From Candidatus Kerfeldbacteria bacterium (GTDB lineage: Bacteria; Patescibacteriota; Patescibacteriia; SBBC01; CAIJZX01), in assembly GCA_903825245.1 (NCBI GenBank), contig CAIJZX010000012.1, positions 76,059-140,058 on the forward strand: a stretch of 64,000 nucleotides of DNA, read 5' to 3'. Both the position numbers and the translations under genes were made by a program. The notes under the pieces are model-generated. The model saw nothing but the letters and a program-made list of their open reading frames with translations. It was not told the origin of the DNA and made no database searches. Shown here in pieces: positions 28,708 through 37,270 of this stretch (positions are counted from its first letter, which is position 1; the number at the start of each line of letters is the position of its first letter).

Positions 28708-29127
28708 ATGGCTACCAGTAAACAAATCAAAACGGCAAGAATTATGTCCGAAAATGTCCGAAAATCGGTGTCCGCCGCCATGCGCGACGCTGGTTATTCA
28801 AATCGCTCGGCCGAGAAACCACAGCGGCTCACTCGGAGCAAGGGTTGGCAGGACTTGATGGATGAACACTTGCCTGATAAAACACTGCTAGGCGTCCATA
28901 AAGGCCTGTTACGAGACCCTGATTGGCGGGCGCGGGATTCTGGTCTAGATATGGCTTATAAACTCAAAGGCTCCTACAAAGCCACCAAGGTAAGTGTAGA
29001 GGATTCACTTGAACACTTGTCAGACGATGAGCTTGATGTGTTACTAGCCGAGCAGAAGCCAGCTATTGAACGGTATCAGCAATACAAAAGAACAAGACGT
29101 CATCCCGCTGCGCAACCGATTAAGTAA
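28708..29127 (+). CDS. Terminase small subunit-like HTH protein
   Basis: SAAMRDAGYS.RSA..P..LT.SKG and C-terminal LEHLSDDEL pattern of phage TerS. Confidence 0.6.
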   Translation: MATSKQIKTARIMSENVRKSVSAAMRDAGYSNRSAEKPQRLTRSKGWQDLMDEHLPDKTLLGVHKGLLRDPDWRARDSGLDMAYKLKGSYKATKVSVEDSLEHLSDDELDVLLAEQKPAIERYQQYKRTRRHPAAQPIK

Positions 29128-29135
29128 ACGATTGA

Positions 29136-29318
29136 ATGACCATGTTGACCGACAAACAGATCGAGGAGTTTCAGGCGCTTTATAAAAAGAATTTTGGGAC
29201 TGATATTAGCCGAGAGGAGGTGCTAGAGTCGGCTATTCGGCTCATTAACCTGATCAAAGTGGTATACAAACCGATGACAAAAGAAGAGTACAAGAGGTAC
29301 TCCGACGATCTGAGATAA
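29136..29318 (+). CDS. Small hypothetical protein
   Basis: MLTDKQIEEFQALYKKNFG.DISREE...L.NL..VVYKP; I recall this type next to CPR serine-integrase elements, unverified. Confidence 0.7.
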   Translation: MTMLTDKQIEEFQALYKKNFGTDISREEVLESAIRLINLIKVVYKPMTKEEYKRYSDDLR

Positions 29319-29328
29319 ACTAGATGCC

Positions 29329-29589
29329 CTACTTTTTTCTTTTTCTTACGGCACTAAATAACTTGTGAAGTAGCTGATCGTCGTCACTTGCAGTTGAAGA
29401 TATAGCCACATTGATCTTAGTGCCTGCGTGTAGGCCGGTTCTTACGACTGGGGCGTTGTCCGTAGATAAATGTTGTTTTACCCGACCAGTATGATCCCAA
29501 GCGGTTGCAATAAGGGAATCACCAATGCCAAGTTTATCGGTTTTAGCTCTTGGTTTGATTAGCCTTTTGATTGATTGAGGTAACTTCAT
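29329..29589 (-). CDS. Small basic hypothetical protein
   Basis: 86-aa ORF at the right end of the island. Confidence 0.5.
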   Translation of the reverse strand: MKLPQSIKRLIKPRAKTDKLGIGDSLIATAWDHTGRVKQHLSTDNAPVVRTGLHAGTKINVAISSTASDDDQLLHKLFSAVRKRKK

Positions 29590-29722
29590 GTATATACCTA
29601 TTAGCTTGTCGTAGGGGGCTTTTACGGGCTCCTAGACGCTTAATGTGGCGGTCTAAGCCCACGCAGAGTATAACAAAGTTTAGCCCTTTTGGTATAATTG
29701 AGTTCGGGGTAGAATGTGTTGT

Positions 29723-29991
29723 CCCACCAAAAACTAGCTATTACCAGACATCTGTATCGAAGATACGGAGTGTTTGGATATGAAAAATTGGGACGAGAAG
29801 GGCCGAGCACTTGCGCCGGTGGCGCGAGAGCGCAGGCCCCGGCTCGACGAAGTGCCGTTGCCGGGAACCCCGCAGGGTCGGCAACAAGCTTCGGCGAGGA
29901 GTCCCAGGGGACCCACCAAAAACTAGCAATTACCAGACATCTGTATCGAAGATACGGAGTGTTTGGATATGAAAATTGGGACGAGAAGGGC
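29723..29991 (+). repeat. Tandem direct repeat (about 80 bp, 29723-29803 and 29912-29991) with GC-rich structured spacer and a 20-bp tRNA 3'-end copy (29899-29918)
   Basis: Direct sequence comparison. Confidence 0.9.
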
Positions 29992-30004
29992 TGTTTTGGG
30001 TTGC

Positions 30005-30661
30005 CTACGCCGCGTATTTGATGATGGCGAAGTAGTGCAGGACGGTTCCGGCGATCACGAAGATGTGCCAGATGAAATGCGCGTACGGCAGGCGTTTCGC
30101 GTTAAAGAAGGCAATCCCGCCGATATAGGCGACTCCCCCGGCGCCGAGCCAAGCGAGTACCCACGGCGACGCTTGCACCCACAGTGGCCGAGCCGCAATC
30201 ATAATCAGCAAACCCATGCCGACGTAGAGCATGTTCGAGAGATGACGATTCGAGAGTTTTCCTAAAGATTTCAGAACGATACCGCCGGCCGCGAGGATCC
30301 AGATCGCCCCGAACAACGGCCAACCCCAGGCGCCGCGCAAAACGCCAAGCGTGAACGGTGTGTACGTTCCGGCGATCAGCAGATAAATGCCGCTGTGATC
30401 AAGGACGCGAAAGACTTTCCGCGCTCGCGGATGTGGAATAGCGTGATACAACGTCGAACCGAGATATAAGAGTGAGGCACAGCCGATGAAGATGCTCACG
30501 CCAACAATATCCCAGGTGGTGCCGTGGTGAATCGCATGGAGAATCAAAAACGGTGCACCGACAATCACCGCGACAACGCCGAGGCCGTGGGAAATGCTGT
30601 TGGCGATTTCTTCGCCAATTGTTGGCTGGCGTTCACCTGGCCGCTCTTTGTCACTTTCCAT
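30005..30661 (-). CDS. Hemolysin III / PAQR-family membrane protein
   Basis: EEIANSISHG, STLYH, LDHSGIYLLIAGTYTPF, HFIWHIFV. Confidence 0.93.
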   Translation of the reverse strand: MESDKERPGERQPTIGEEIANSISHGLGVVAVIVGAPFLILHAIHHGTTWDIVGVSIFIGCASLLYLGSTLYHAIPHPRARKVFRVLDHSGIYLLIAGTYTPFTLGVLRGAWGWPLFGAIWILAAGGIVLKSLGKLSNRHLSNMLYVGMGLLIMIAARPLWVQASPWVLAWLGAGGVAYIGGIAFFNAKRLPYAHFIWHIFVIAGTVLHYFAIIKYAA

Positions 30662-30803
30662 AGATGTTGATTGGAACCAAATAGTGAACACTCTTGAACC
30701 TGCACCGTAACACAAGGAGGCTGAAAAATCAATGAAAAATGCTTGACGACACGGTGTATATAGCCTACGCTTGATGTAACACCAATTACCAGTCAACACG
30801 TCT

Positions 30804-31730
30804 ATGGACAATCCACCCCTCGTTCCGCCGCAACAGCCGCCACACCACGTGTCTGTCGGTAAGGCTATCGTCAAAGCTCTTGGATTTGGTTTGCTCCTAG
30901 CCATACCAATGACCTATATATTTACTTTGGGTATTGGAACTGTTATAAGCTATTTCCGACTGAGCTATCACTGGGGACTTGGTGGAATTTTTGTTGGCCT
31001 AGCAATCATCATCTACGCCTTTATCGTGAATGCGATCATCATGGTTTTGGCGACCTTTATCACCCTCGAACGATCATCGCGACCGTACGTGCACGCCATT
31101 TTGATTGGCCTACTCATCAACGTCATCGCTGTCGCCGGAGGCTGGGGGTATAATTTGTACACGCACCAAGGTCAACTTACACAACTCGCTGTCGATCGTA
31201 ACAACGACAAATATGTTGATGCAAAAAAATTGAGTGATTGTGCTAAGCTAACAGAAGTGAACGCTTGGACAATTTGTATCAAAGATAAGATCATTGACAC
31301 CACTACGTTAGCGACCTGCAAAACGCAAGCTGCACGATACGGTGGTTCGAATAGTGAAGCTGCATTAACCTGTCAGGATCGCTTCATTATCAATACCGGC
31401 GCTATAGCCCAATGCAACGATTTGCCGCTTGTTGGATCCGACCCAAACAGCCAACGGTATTGCCTGCTCGACACCATTGAGAAATCCTGGGAAAAGAATA
31501 ATCGAAAAACTCCGGCATCAATCGTGGCCGGATGCTCTGGAATGGCCAATGCCGCGGAAAAACAATTCTGCTATGTCGCTTCCCTTCGGCAGTTATCCAA
31601 AGGTGATGCCGCAGCCGCGGCCGCTTGCCAAGGTATCAATCCTGCTGTCTGGTTTGGTATTGTGAATAATGCCAATAATGATTTGACCAACATTCAAACC
31701 ATTTGCGGAATTACGATCACCGCGTCGTAA
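30804..31730 (+). CDS. Membrane protein with Cys-rich extracellular helical repeats
   Basis: 3 TM helices followed by regularly spaced Cys pairs. Confidence 0.75.
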   Translation: MDNPPLVPPQQPPHHVSVGKAIVKALGFGLLLAIPMTYIFTLGIGTVISYFRLSYHWGLGGIFVGLAIIIYAFIVNAIIMVLATFITLERSSRPYVHAILIGLLINVIAVAGGWGYNLYTHQGQLTQLAVDRNNDKYVDAKKLSDCAKLTEVNAWTICIKDKIIDTTTLATCKTQAARYGGSNSEAALTCQDRFIINTGAIAQCNDLPLVGSDPNSQRYCLLDTIEKSWEKNNRKTPASIVAGCSGMANAAEKQFCYVASLRQLSKGDAAAAAACQGINPAVWFGIVNNANNDLTNIQTICGITITAS

Positions 31731-31856
31731 TAACTCTTTTTTGTTTTTTTAGTCATTATGAAACATGCCTGTACTGGACATGTTCTATCTTGACTTCCGA
31801 AAAAATATATGATAAGACCGTACTAAATGTAGCTCCTTTTACCCGCGGAGATGCCC

Positions 31857-32174
31857 ATGAGCACTTCATCTGCTCCGACGACAATCATCACCGTTGTGGA
31901 ACAAGAGGGCAAGCGTCTCTTTCGCTTTCCCGACGGCACCGAAAGCGAAGCGTTGGCGGCACACCCATACGCAGGCCAGTGCTTGACAGTTCTTCGGGAA
32001 GGATTGGCCCTTGCCCGGACACGAGAAATTGCCATTGACGGCAACCATGGTGCCTGTACGTGTTTCTGCGGCCTGCCGTGGCCATTCGGATTCGAATCGC
32101 GCGTTCCCAGTAGTCACCTCGTCGCTAGTTGGTTTGTTATCGGCGATGAGCTCCGTATCAGCGATACTGCATAG
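31857..32174 (+). CDS. Orphan hypothetical protein
   Basis: GGAG SD 31847-50, TTGACT-17-TAAGAC promoter; H..C.C.C motif. Confidence 0.55.
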   Translation: MSTSSAPTTIITVVEQEGKRLFRFPDGTESEALAAHPYAGQCLTVLREGLALARTREIAIDGNHGACTCFCGLPWPFGFESRVPSSHLVASWFVIGDELRISDTA

Positions 32175-32190
32175 CACACTATGCAGTTTT

Positions 32191-32718
32191 TTATTTCTTT
32201 CCTTGAGCTCTCTCAATGAGCTTGTAGAAAACTTCCCGCGTCGTAATCACATCAATCAACGCGCGGTGCGCGCTCGGTTGCGGAATTTTGAGGTAGGCGG
32301 CGACGTTCGATAAACGGTAACTTGCGAGCAACAAATAGCGCTTAGCGATTTCCAGTGTGTCGATGTACTGATTTGGTAGCGGCTCTTTGCCGAGGCGCTT
32401 TAGGTGTTCGTTGATAAAACCAAGATCGAAGGTGACGTTGTGGCCGATAATCACACAGTCGCCGACAAAGGCGATGAGCTCAGGTATAACATCTGCCACG
32501 TCTTTCCCTTCGGCATCGATGTCAGCCTGGGTGATGCCATGGATTTTCGTGGCTTCGGCCGGAATCGGTTTTGTGGTTTTTAACAGCGACACAAACTCCC
32601 CGACGACATCGCGGCCATGGATCTTTTGGGCGGCAATTTCAATAACCTCGTCGCCGGCAGACGCATTGAGGCCGGTTGTTTCCACGTCGAGGACGACGAA
32701 ATCGAGGGGCAATGGCAT
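32191..32718 (-). CDS. DEDDh 3'-5' exonuclease (DnaQ/PolC epsilon-like)
   Basis: VLDVETTGL, GHNVTFD, HRALID. Confidence 0.93.
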   Translation of the reverse strand: MPLPLDFVVLDVETTGLNASAGDEVIEIAAQKIHGRDVVGEFVSLLKTTKPIPAEATKIHGITQADIDAEGKDVADVIPELIAFVGDCVIIGHNVTFDLGFINEHLKRLGKEPLPNQYIDTLEIAKRYLLLASYRLSNVAAYLKIPQPSAHRALIDVITTREVFYKLIERAQGKK

Positions 32719-32838
32719 AGAACCACAGTATACGGAATATCTGCCCAGTCTTCAAGACTGTGGATGAATTCGGTGGACAAGATGGTATCAACAGCCGTTG
32801 CAGGTAATGCCCTCCTCAGGTACACTACTTGAGCTATG

Positions 32839-32916
32839 TCCCGTTAGAAACTCCTTGGGACAAGCCTTAATTTCAACTATGGTTTTCGAACTCATTATAG
32901 GAAGTTTCTAACGGGA
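32839..32916. mobile_element. 78-bp MITE-like element at the dnaB start codon
   Basis: 14-bp perfect TIR TCCCGTTAGAAACT; CTATG duplicated at 32834-38 and 32917-21. Confidence 0.8.
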
Positions 32917-32918
32917 CT

Positions 32919-34289
32919 ATGGCCATTACTTCTGAACTCCGCATACCACCCCAGCAACTCGAGGCTGAACAGGCCGTCTTAGGGTCAATGCTGATTGACC
33001 GCGATGCAGTTATTCGAATTGCTGATACGCTGATTCCGGAGGATATGTATGCCGATAAGCATCGTTTCATCTACGATGCCATGTTGACGTTGTACCAACG
33101 CCACGACCCAATCGACATTGTCGCCCTCTCAAACCTTCTCGAAGAGCGCAAACAATTGGACACCGTGGGCGGACGAAGCTTCCTGGTATCGTTGTCGAAC
33201 GCAGTTCCGACCGCCGCTAATATCGTTCAGTACGCCCAAATTGTTCAAAAGAAAGCTACACTCCGGCGTTTACTCGACGCGGCTGGAACGATGCTCCAGC
33301 TCGGGTATGAAGAAACCGAGGATGTTTCTGCTTTGCTCGATAAAGCCGAACAATCAATCTTCAACGTTTCGCAACGCTACCTTCGCCAGAATTTCATTAA
33401 CATTCGCGACGTCCTCGATCAAGCTTTCGACCGTATCGACCAGCTCCACCATGATTCGGGACAATTGCGTGGCGTACCGACCGGCTTTACGAAACTCGAC
33501 TCACTTCTCGGTGGTCTGCAAAAATCCGACCTTATTATTCTTGCCGCTCGTCCATCTGTTGGTAAGACATCATTAGCGCTTGATATCGGACGCAACGTCG
33601 CGGTCAAAACGAAACAACCGGTCGGCATCTTCAGCTTAGAAATGTCCAAGGAACAACTCGTTGATCGTTTGCTCGTGGCACAAGCCGACGTCGATTTGTG
33701 GAAAATGCGCACCGGTCGTTTGAAAGACGATGAAGACTTTCAACGCATCGGCCATGCCATGGGCATGCTCGCGGAAGCACCGATTTTCATTGACGATAGC
33801 GCTAGCGCGAATATCATGGAACTCCGCACTAAGGCACGACGATTGCAAGCCGAACACAAAGGTCTCGGATTGATCATCATCGACTACCTCCAACTGATGG
33901 AGAGCCGGACGGGCGAAAACCGCACGCAGGAAATTTCGGAAATTACTCGCGGCTTGAAATCAATTGCTCGCGAATTGAACGTGCCAGTGCTCGCGCTTTC
34001 GCAGTTGTCCCGCGCCGTCGAACTCGAGCGGCCGCCGATCCCGAAACTCGCCCACCTTCGCGAATCCGGTTCAATCGAACAGGACGCCGACGTGGTCATG
34101 TTTATCTACCGTCCGGCCGTCTATGACCGCGATATCGAGGAAGATAAGAAGAACTTAGCTGAAATTATTGTCGCCAAACATCGTAACGGTCCAACCGGCC
34201 GCGTGAACCTCTCTTTCGTCGACCGACGAGCTTCCTTCGATAACCGCGAAGAACGCCCGGGCGAAACCGAGTTTTCGAGCGAGGGATAA
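32919..34289 (+). CDS. dnaB: Replicative DNA helicase
   Basis: PPQ..EAEQAVLG, AARPSVGKT, IIDYLQLM, LSQLSR, LRESGSIEQDAD, KHRNGPTG. Confidence 0.98.
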   Translation: MAITSELRIPPQQLEAEQAVLGSMLIDRDAVIRIADTLIPEDMYADKHRFIYDAMLTLYQRHDPIDIVALSNLLEERKQLDTVGGRSFLVSLSNAVPTAANIVQYAQIVQKKATLRRLLDAAGTMLQLGYEETEDVSALLDKAEQSIFNVSQRYLRQNFINIRDVLDQAFDRIDQLHHDSGQLRGVPTGFTKLDSLLGGLQKSDLIILAARPSVGKTSLALDIGRNVAVKTKQPVGIFSLEMSKEQLVDRLLVAQADVDLWKMRTGRLKDDEDFQRIGHAMGMLAEAPIFIDDSASANIMELRTKARRLQAEHKGLGLIIIDYLQLMESRTGENRTQEISEITRGLKSIARELNVPVLALSQLSRAVELERPPIPKLAHLRESGSIEQDADVVMFIYRPAVYDRDIEEDKKNLAEIIVAKHRNGPTGRVNLSFVDRRASFDNREERPGETEFSSEG

Positions 34290-34302
34290 ATTGACACAAA
34301 GT

Positions 34303-34329
34303 AAAAACCTACTACGTAGTGTAGTAGGT
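34303..34329 (-). terminator. Terminator between convergent genes
   Basis: ACCTACTAC-GTAGT-GTAGTAGGT with A-tract on the left. Confidence 0.65.
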
Positions 34330-34344
34330 GAAATTGTAATGCAG

Positions 34345-34767
34345 TTACAGACGCTTGAGCGTCGCCAGACCGACCATGCTGGCCATTTTCTTGACCGCCC
34401 TATTGATTGATTCATCCCAACGAACCATCGCCTCGAACATCGGCCTTCCGCCAGGATGTTGCGCCACATCAGGAACAACGTAGAGCACCGTGCCGGTTCG
34501 CAATCCGTCAACATAGCTCACGCGGTGACCATTCCACTCGATCTGGAGCTGACGAACAATATCCGCGCGACGAGCTGCGGTGATGCCCCTGACCCGGTTC
34601 CCCCACAGGACATACCACATGATACGCGTACACGTTGAGGATCGCGGGGCTCGTTTCAACCGATAGGTTTGAAAGAATTCCATAACCTCCGATTCAAGCT
34701 CATCGTCTGGTCTCATCCGATGGGAAATCTTATTCTTCCCGACTGTGCTCCTAGTTGAACTGCCCAC
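34345..34767 (-). CDS. Orphan basic hypothetical protein
   Basis: GAGGAGGT SD, GTG start, TTGACA-17-TAGGAT promoter. Confidence 0.65.
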   Translation of the reverse strand: MGSSTRSTVGKNKISHRMRPDDELESEVMEFFQTYRLKRAPRSSTCTRIMWYVLWGNRVRGITAARRADIVRQLQIEWNGHRVSYVDGLRTGTVLYVVPDVAQHPGGRPMFEAMVRWDESINRAVKKMASMVGLATLKRL

Positions 34768-34870
34768 AAAGCACCTCCTCGTGTAGAAGGAACAAACGAA
34801 TCAAAACGTGGCCGAATCCTAGTCCAGGATTATTACTATGTCAAGTTCACTATAAGAAAAAGCGTCCGGG

Positions 34871-35098
34871 TTACGAACGCGTGGTTTTTGGCTGTTGGGC
34901 AGCGATGATAGCGCAACCGATGCCGAGACCAGCCGAAAGACTGAAGATGTTCGTGACCACCGGTCTTGCAGCATCAAGGTGATTTGCCATGCAGATTGGA
35001 ATGACCACCAGGAGAATAATCAGTTCGATCAAGAGACAGGTGCCGGAGATGTTGCTAGCCAGTATCCGCGGTTGCATGTTCTTGAAGATTCGGTGCAT
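34871..35098 (-). CDS. Orphan small two-TM protein
   Basis: GGAGGT SD, TTGACC-17-TAGAGT promoter. Confidence 0.6.
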   Translation of the reverse strand: MHRIFKNMQPRILASNISGTCLLIELIILLVVIPICMANHLDAARPVVTNIFSLSAGLGIGCAIIAAQQPKTTRS

Positions 35099-35211
35099 GG
35101 AACCTCCATGGAAAAGGACTATAATCTACTTACAACGACTCTAAACCATATTATGTGGTCGGTCAACAAGGCGTTTGCCTAGATAGCCACTTTTTGATAA
35201 ACTATCGTCCT

Positions 35212-35517
35212 ATGACAATGTTTACCAAGCTCAAACAGTACAAAGACCTCCGCGATCAAGCGAAGGATATTCAGGGCGTTTTAGCCCAAGAAACCGTCTA
35301 TGCCGATAAGGCCGGCGGCAAGGTTCAGGTCGTGATGGACGGCAATCAGCACGTCAATGGCCTGACCATCGATCAAGAAATGCTCAAGCCTGAACGCAAG
35401 ATAGAACTCGAAAAAGCCGTTCAGGAAGCCTTCAATGATGCCGTCAAGAAATCACAGATGGCTATGGCTAAGAAAGCGCGCGAGATGGGCAATTTGAACC
35501 TCCCATGGCTCTCCTAA
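35212..35517 (+). CDS. ybaB: YbaB/EbfC nucleoid-associated protein
   Basis: GGKVQVVMDGNQ...AFNDAVKK; upstream of recR. Confidence 0.9.
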   Translation: MTMFTKLKQYKDLRDQAKDIQGVLAQETVYADKAGGKVQVVMDGNQHVNGLTIDQEMLKPERKIELEKAVQEAFNDAVKKSQMAMAKKAREMGNLNLPWLS

Positions 35518-35523
35518 AGGAAT

Positions 35524-36123
35524 ATGGCCACGTACCCGCCGGCCATTTCACGTCTCCTTGATGCGCTGACCACATTGCCAGGCGTCGGACCAAAGACCGC
35601 TGAGCGGTACGTCTTTTCGTTACTTCGACAATCCCCGCAACGCCTCCATGAACTCTCCGAAGCAGTCGAACATTTACGTGATCGTATCGTGCTCTGTTCA
35701 CGTTGTCATACCTTTGATGAACAGAATCCTTGCCGCTACTGCTCCGATAAGAATCGCGAAACCACCACGATTTGCGTCGTGACCGACTCCCCTGATGTGA
35801 TTGCGATCGAACACACCGGCGCCTACAAAGGCCAATACCACGTCCTCGGCGGCACGGTCAGCGCGATGGAAGGACGCGGTCCGGATCAGCTCTTCATCCG
35901 CGATCTTGTTGAGCGTATTGCCAAAGAAGGCATCACGGAAATTATCTTGGCCATGAATCCGGATATCGAAGGCGAAACGACCACGCTGTACCTAAAAAAA
36001 GCGCTCGAAGGTCAGCCAGTGAAAATCACTCAACTCGCCCGCGGCATTCCGCAGGGCGGAGACGTGACCTACCTCGACGAAGCGACGTTATCAGAGGCGA
36101 TCAGCCACCGACAGACGGCCTAG
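35524..36123 (+). CDS. recR: Recombination mediator RecR
   Basis: LPGVGPKTA.R, C4 zinc finger, YHVLGG, NPDIEGE, LARGIP.GG. Confidence 0.97.
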   Translation: MATYPPAISRLLDALTTLPGVGPKTAERYVFSLLRQSPQRLHELSEAVEHLRDRIVLCSRCHTFDEQNPCRYCSDKNRETTTICVVTDSPDVIAIEHTGAYKGQYHVLGGTVSAMEGRGPDQLFIRDLVERIAKEGITEIILAMNPDIEGETTTLYLKKALEGQPVKITQLARGIPQGGDVTYLDEATLSEAISHRQTA

Positions 36124-36125
36124 CG

Positions 36126-37244
36126 CTAGCTACACTGCTCCGTATTTTCATTTGCATCTCCCGAGCATTCGCGGATTTTTGTATTTGCCTGGTTGACCGG
36201 ATTAAAGGTGTATTCGCCAAACCAATACGCACCAGCATCGCCAGAACCACAACGATAGGAAATAATTCCAGTTTTTATATCCCAGGAAATGTGCCCAGCA
36301 CATTCACCACCGTAGATTGCCCGTCGAGGCGTTGCTTTAACGAAAGAGTCTGTCGCGATGGTGTACACACCAATAAGCGATTGCCCTTTGCTATCGTTCG
36401 ACTTTTCATACACCACCTGCTGTAAACTCTCATTGAGACAAGCTTCATTGACCGCCCAGCCATCAATAATTTGACTGGAGAATTTTTTCCACCATGGTTG
36501 AGATAGTACTGTATTGTCCGTGAAGGGCGCGGCAAAACAACGCAAACGATATGCAGCGGTCGTACTTGGATGGTCTGGAATGGTAAGGGTGGAAAAAATT
36601 TCAGCCGCGATGGACGAAGAGGTAGCGCCCCATACTGTCACGTGCAACAGCAGGTCTTGTTCTTGACCGAAGAATTGAAGTTGAGATTGAACCTGATCGG
36701 CACCGGACTCAATTGCGCCCCAAACAGCTGTTCCGCTCGAAAGCGATACTTGCGTTGGCTTTGTAATTATTTCACTATCGCTTAATCGCAGCACCTCCCC
36801 AAGTCGATGATCAGAAACAGAAACTTCAAGATACATCGAACCTGGAGCGGTTACTTCCTCCGGAGGATTTGGAGAATACGAACCAAAAACGAAATGCGTG
36901 GTACTTGCCGCGGAAGTATCAAAGGTTATTGTTGGCGGGTACTTGAATGAATAACCGTAAGTTTTATCTGTATACGTTTTCCAATCCTTCATTGTGTCGG
37001 AAGCGCCGTTGGTATTACTAACAGTGTTGGTGTTAGTTGCAGCATTTGTGTTGACCGCCGTATTTGCGTTCGCTGTTGTATTCGTCGCCTTGTGCACAAG
37101 AACTGGAGTTATTGTTTCGTCCTTTTCCGTCGGCCATTGCGAATAAGCGAAAACACCAACCAAGGCGGACATGGCTAAGATGACAGTCACAACCGGAATG
37201 AGATGGCTCGGTTGTTTTGGTTTGATTGGCGTGGGGTCGGCCAT
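36126..37244 (-). CDS. Membrane-anchored surface protein with PsbP-like domain, paralog A
   Basis: TM, Asn/Thr stalk, DWKTYTDKTYGYSFKYP. Confidence 0.75.
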   Translation of the reverse strand: MADPTPIKPKQPSHLIPVVTVILAMSALVGVFAYSQWPTEKDETITPVLVHKATNTTANANTAVNTNAATNTNTVSNTNGASDTMKDWKTYTDKTYGYSFKYPPTITFDTSAASTTHFVFGSYSPNPPEEVTAPGSMYLEVSVSDHRLGEVLRLSDSEIITKPTQVSLSSGTAVWGAIESGADQVQSQLQFFGQEQDLLLHVTVWGATSSSIAAEIFSTLTIPDHPSTTAAYRLRCFAAPFTDNTVLSQPWWKKFSSQIIDGWAVNEACLNESLQQVVYEKSNDSKGQSLIGVYTIATDSFVKATPRRAIYGGECAGHISWDIKTGIISYRCGSGDAGAYWFGEYTFNPVNQANTKIRECSGDANENTEQCS

Positions 37245-37270
37245 ATTGATGTTCGTTAAAGTATTTCGAA

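Larger units (their letters stand above)
20659..29727. mobile_element. Integrative element at tRNA-Lys 3' end (attL about 20655-20686, attR about 29699-29729)
   Basis: CCCACCA core at both ends; inner arms are inverted copies (CAACA-N7-CCCCGAACTCA / TGAGTTCGGGG-N7-TGTTG); adjacent serine integrase; AT-richer cargo. Confidence 0.88.

Noticed and set aside
22744-29318. Integron cassette array (co-oriented genes opposite an integrase)
   Set aside because: The integrase is serine-type and no attC-like repeats are visible between genes
29329-29620. +1 frameshift at CCC-CTA fusing the excised-form integrase to the 86-aa ORF
   Set aside because: Frame arithmetic allows it but nothing else supports it; too speculative without homologs
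29899-29918. 20-bp tRNA 3'-end copy as the island's attR
   Set aside because: The inverted attP arm lies next to the shorter core at 29723-29; the 20-bp copy belongs to the downstream tandem repeat
29723-29991. CRISPR array
   Set aside because: Only two ~80-bp units, a structured spacer over 100 bp, and no cas genes
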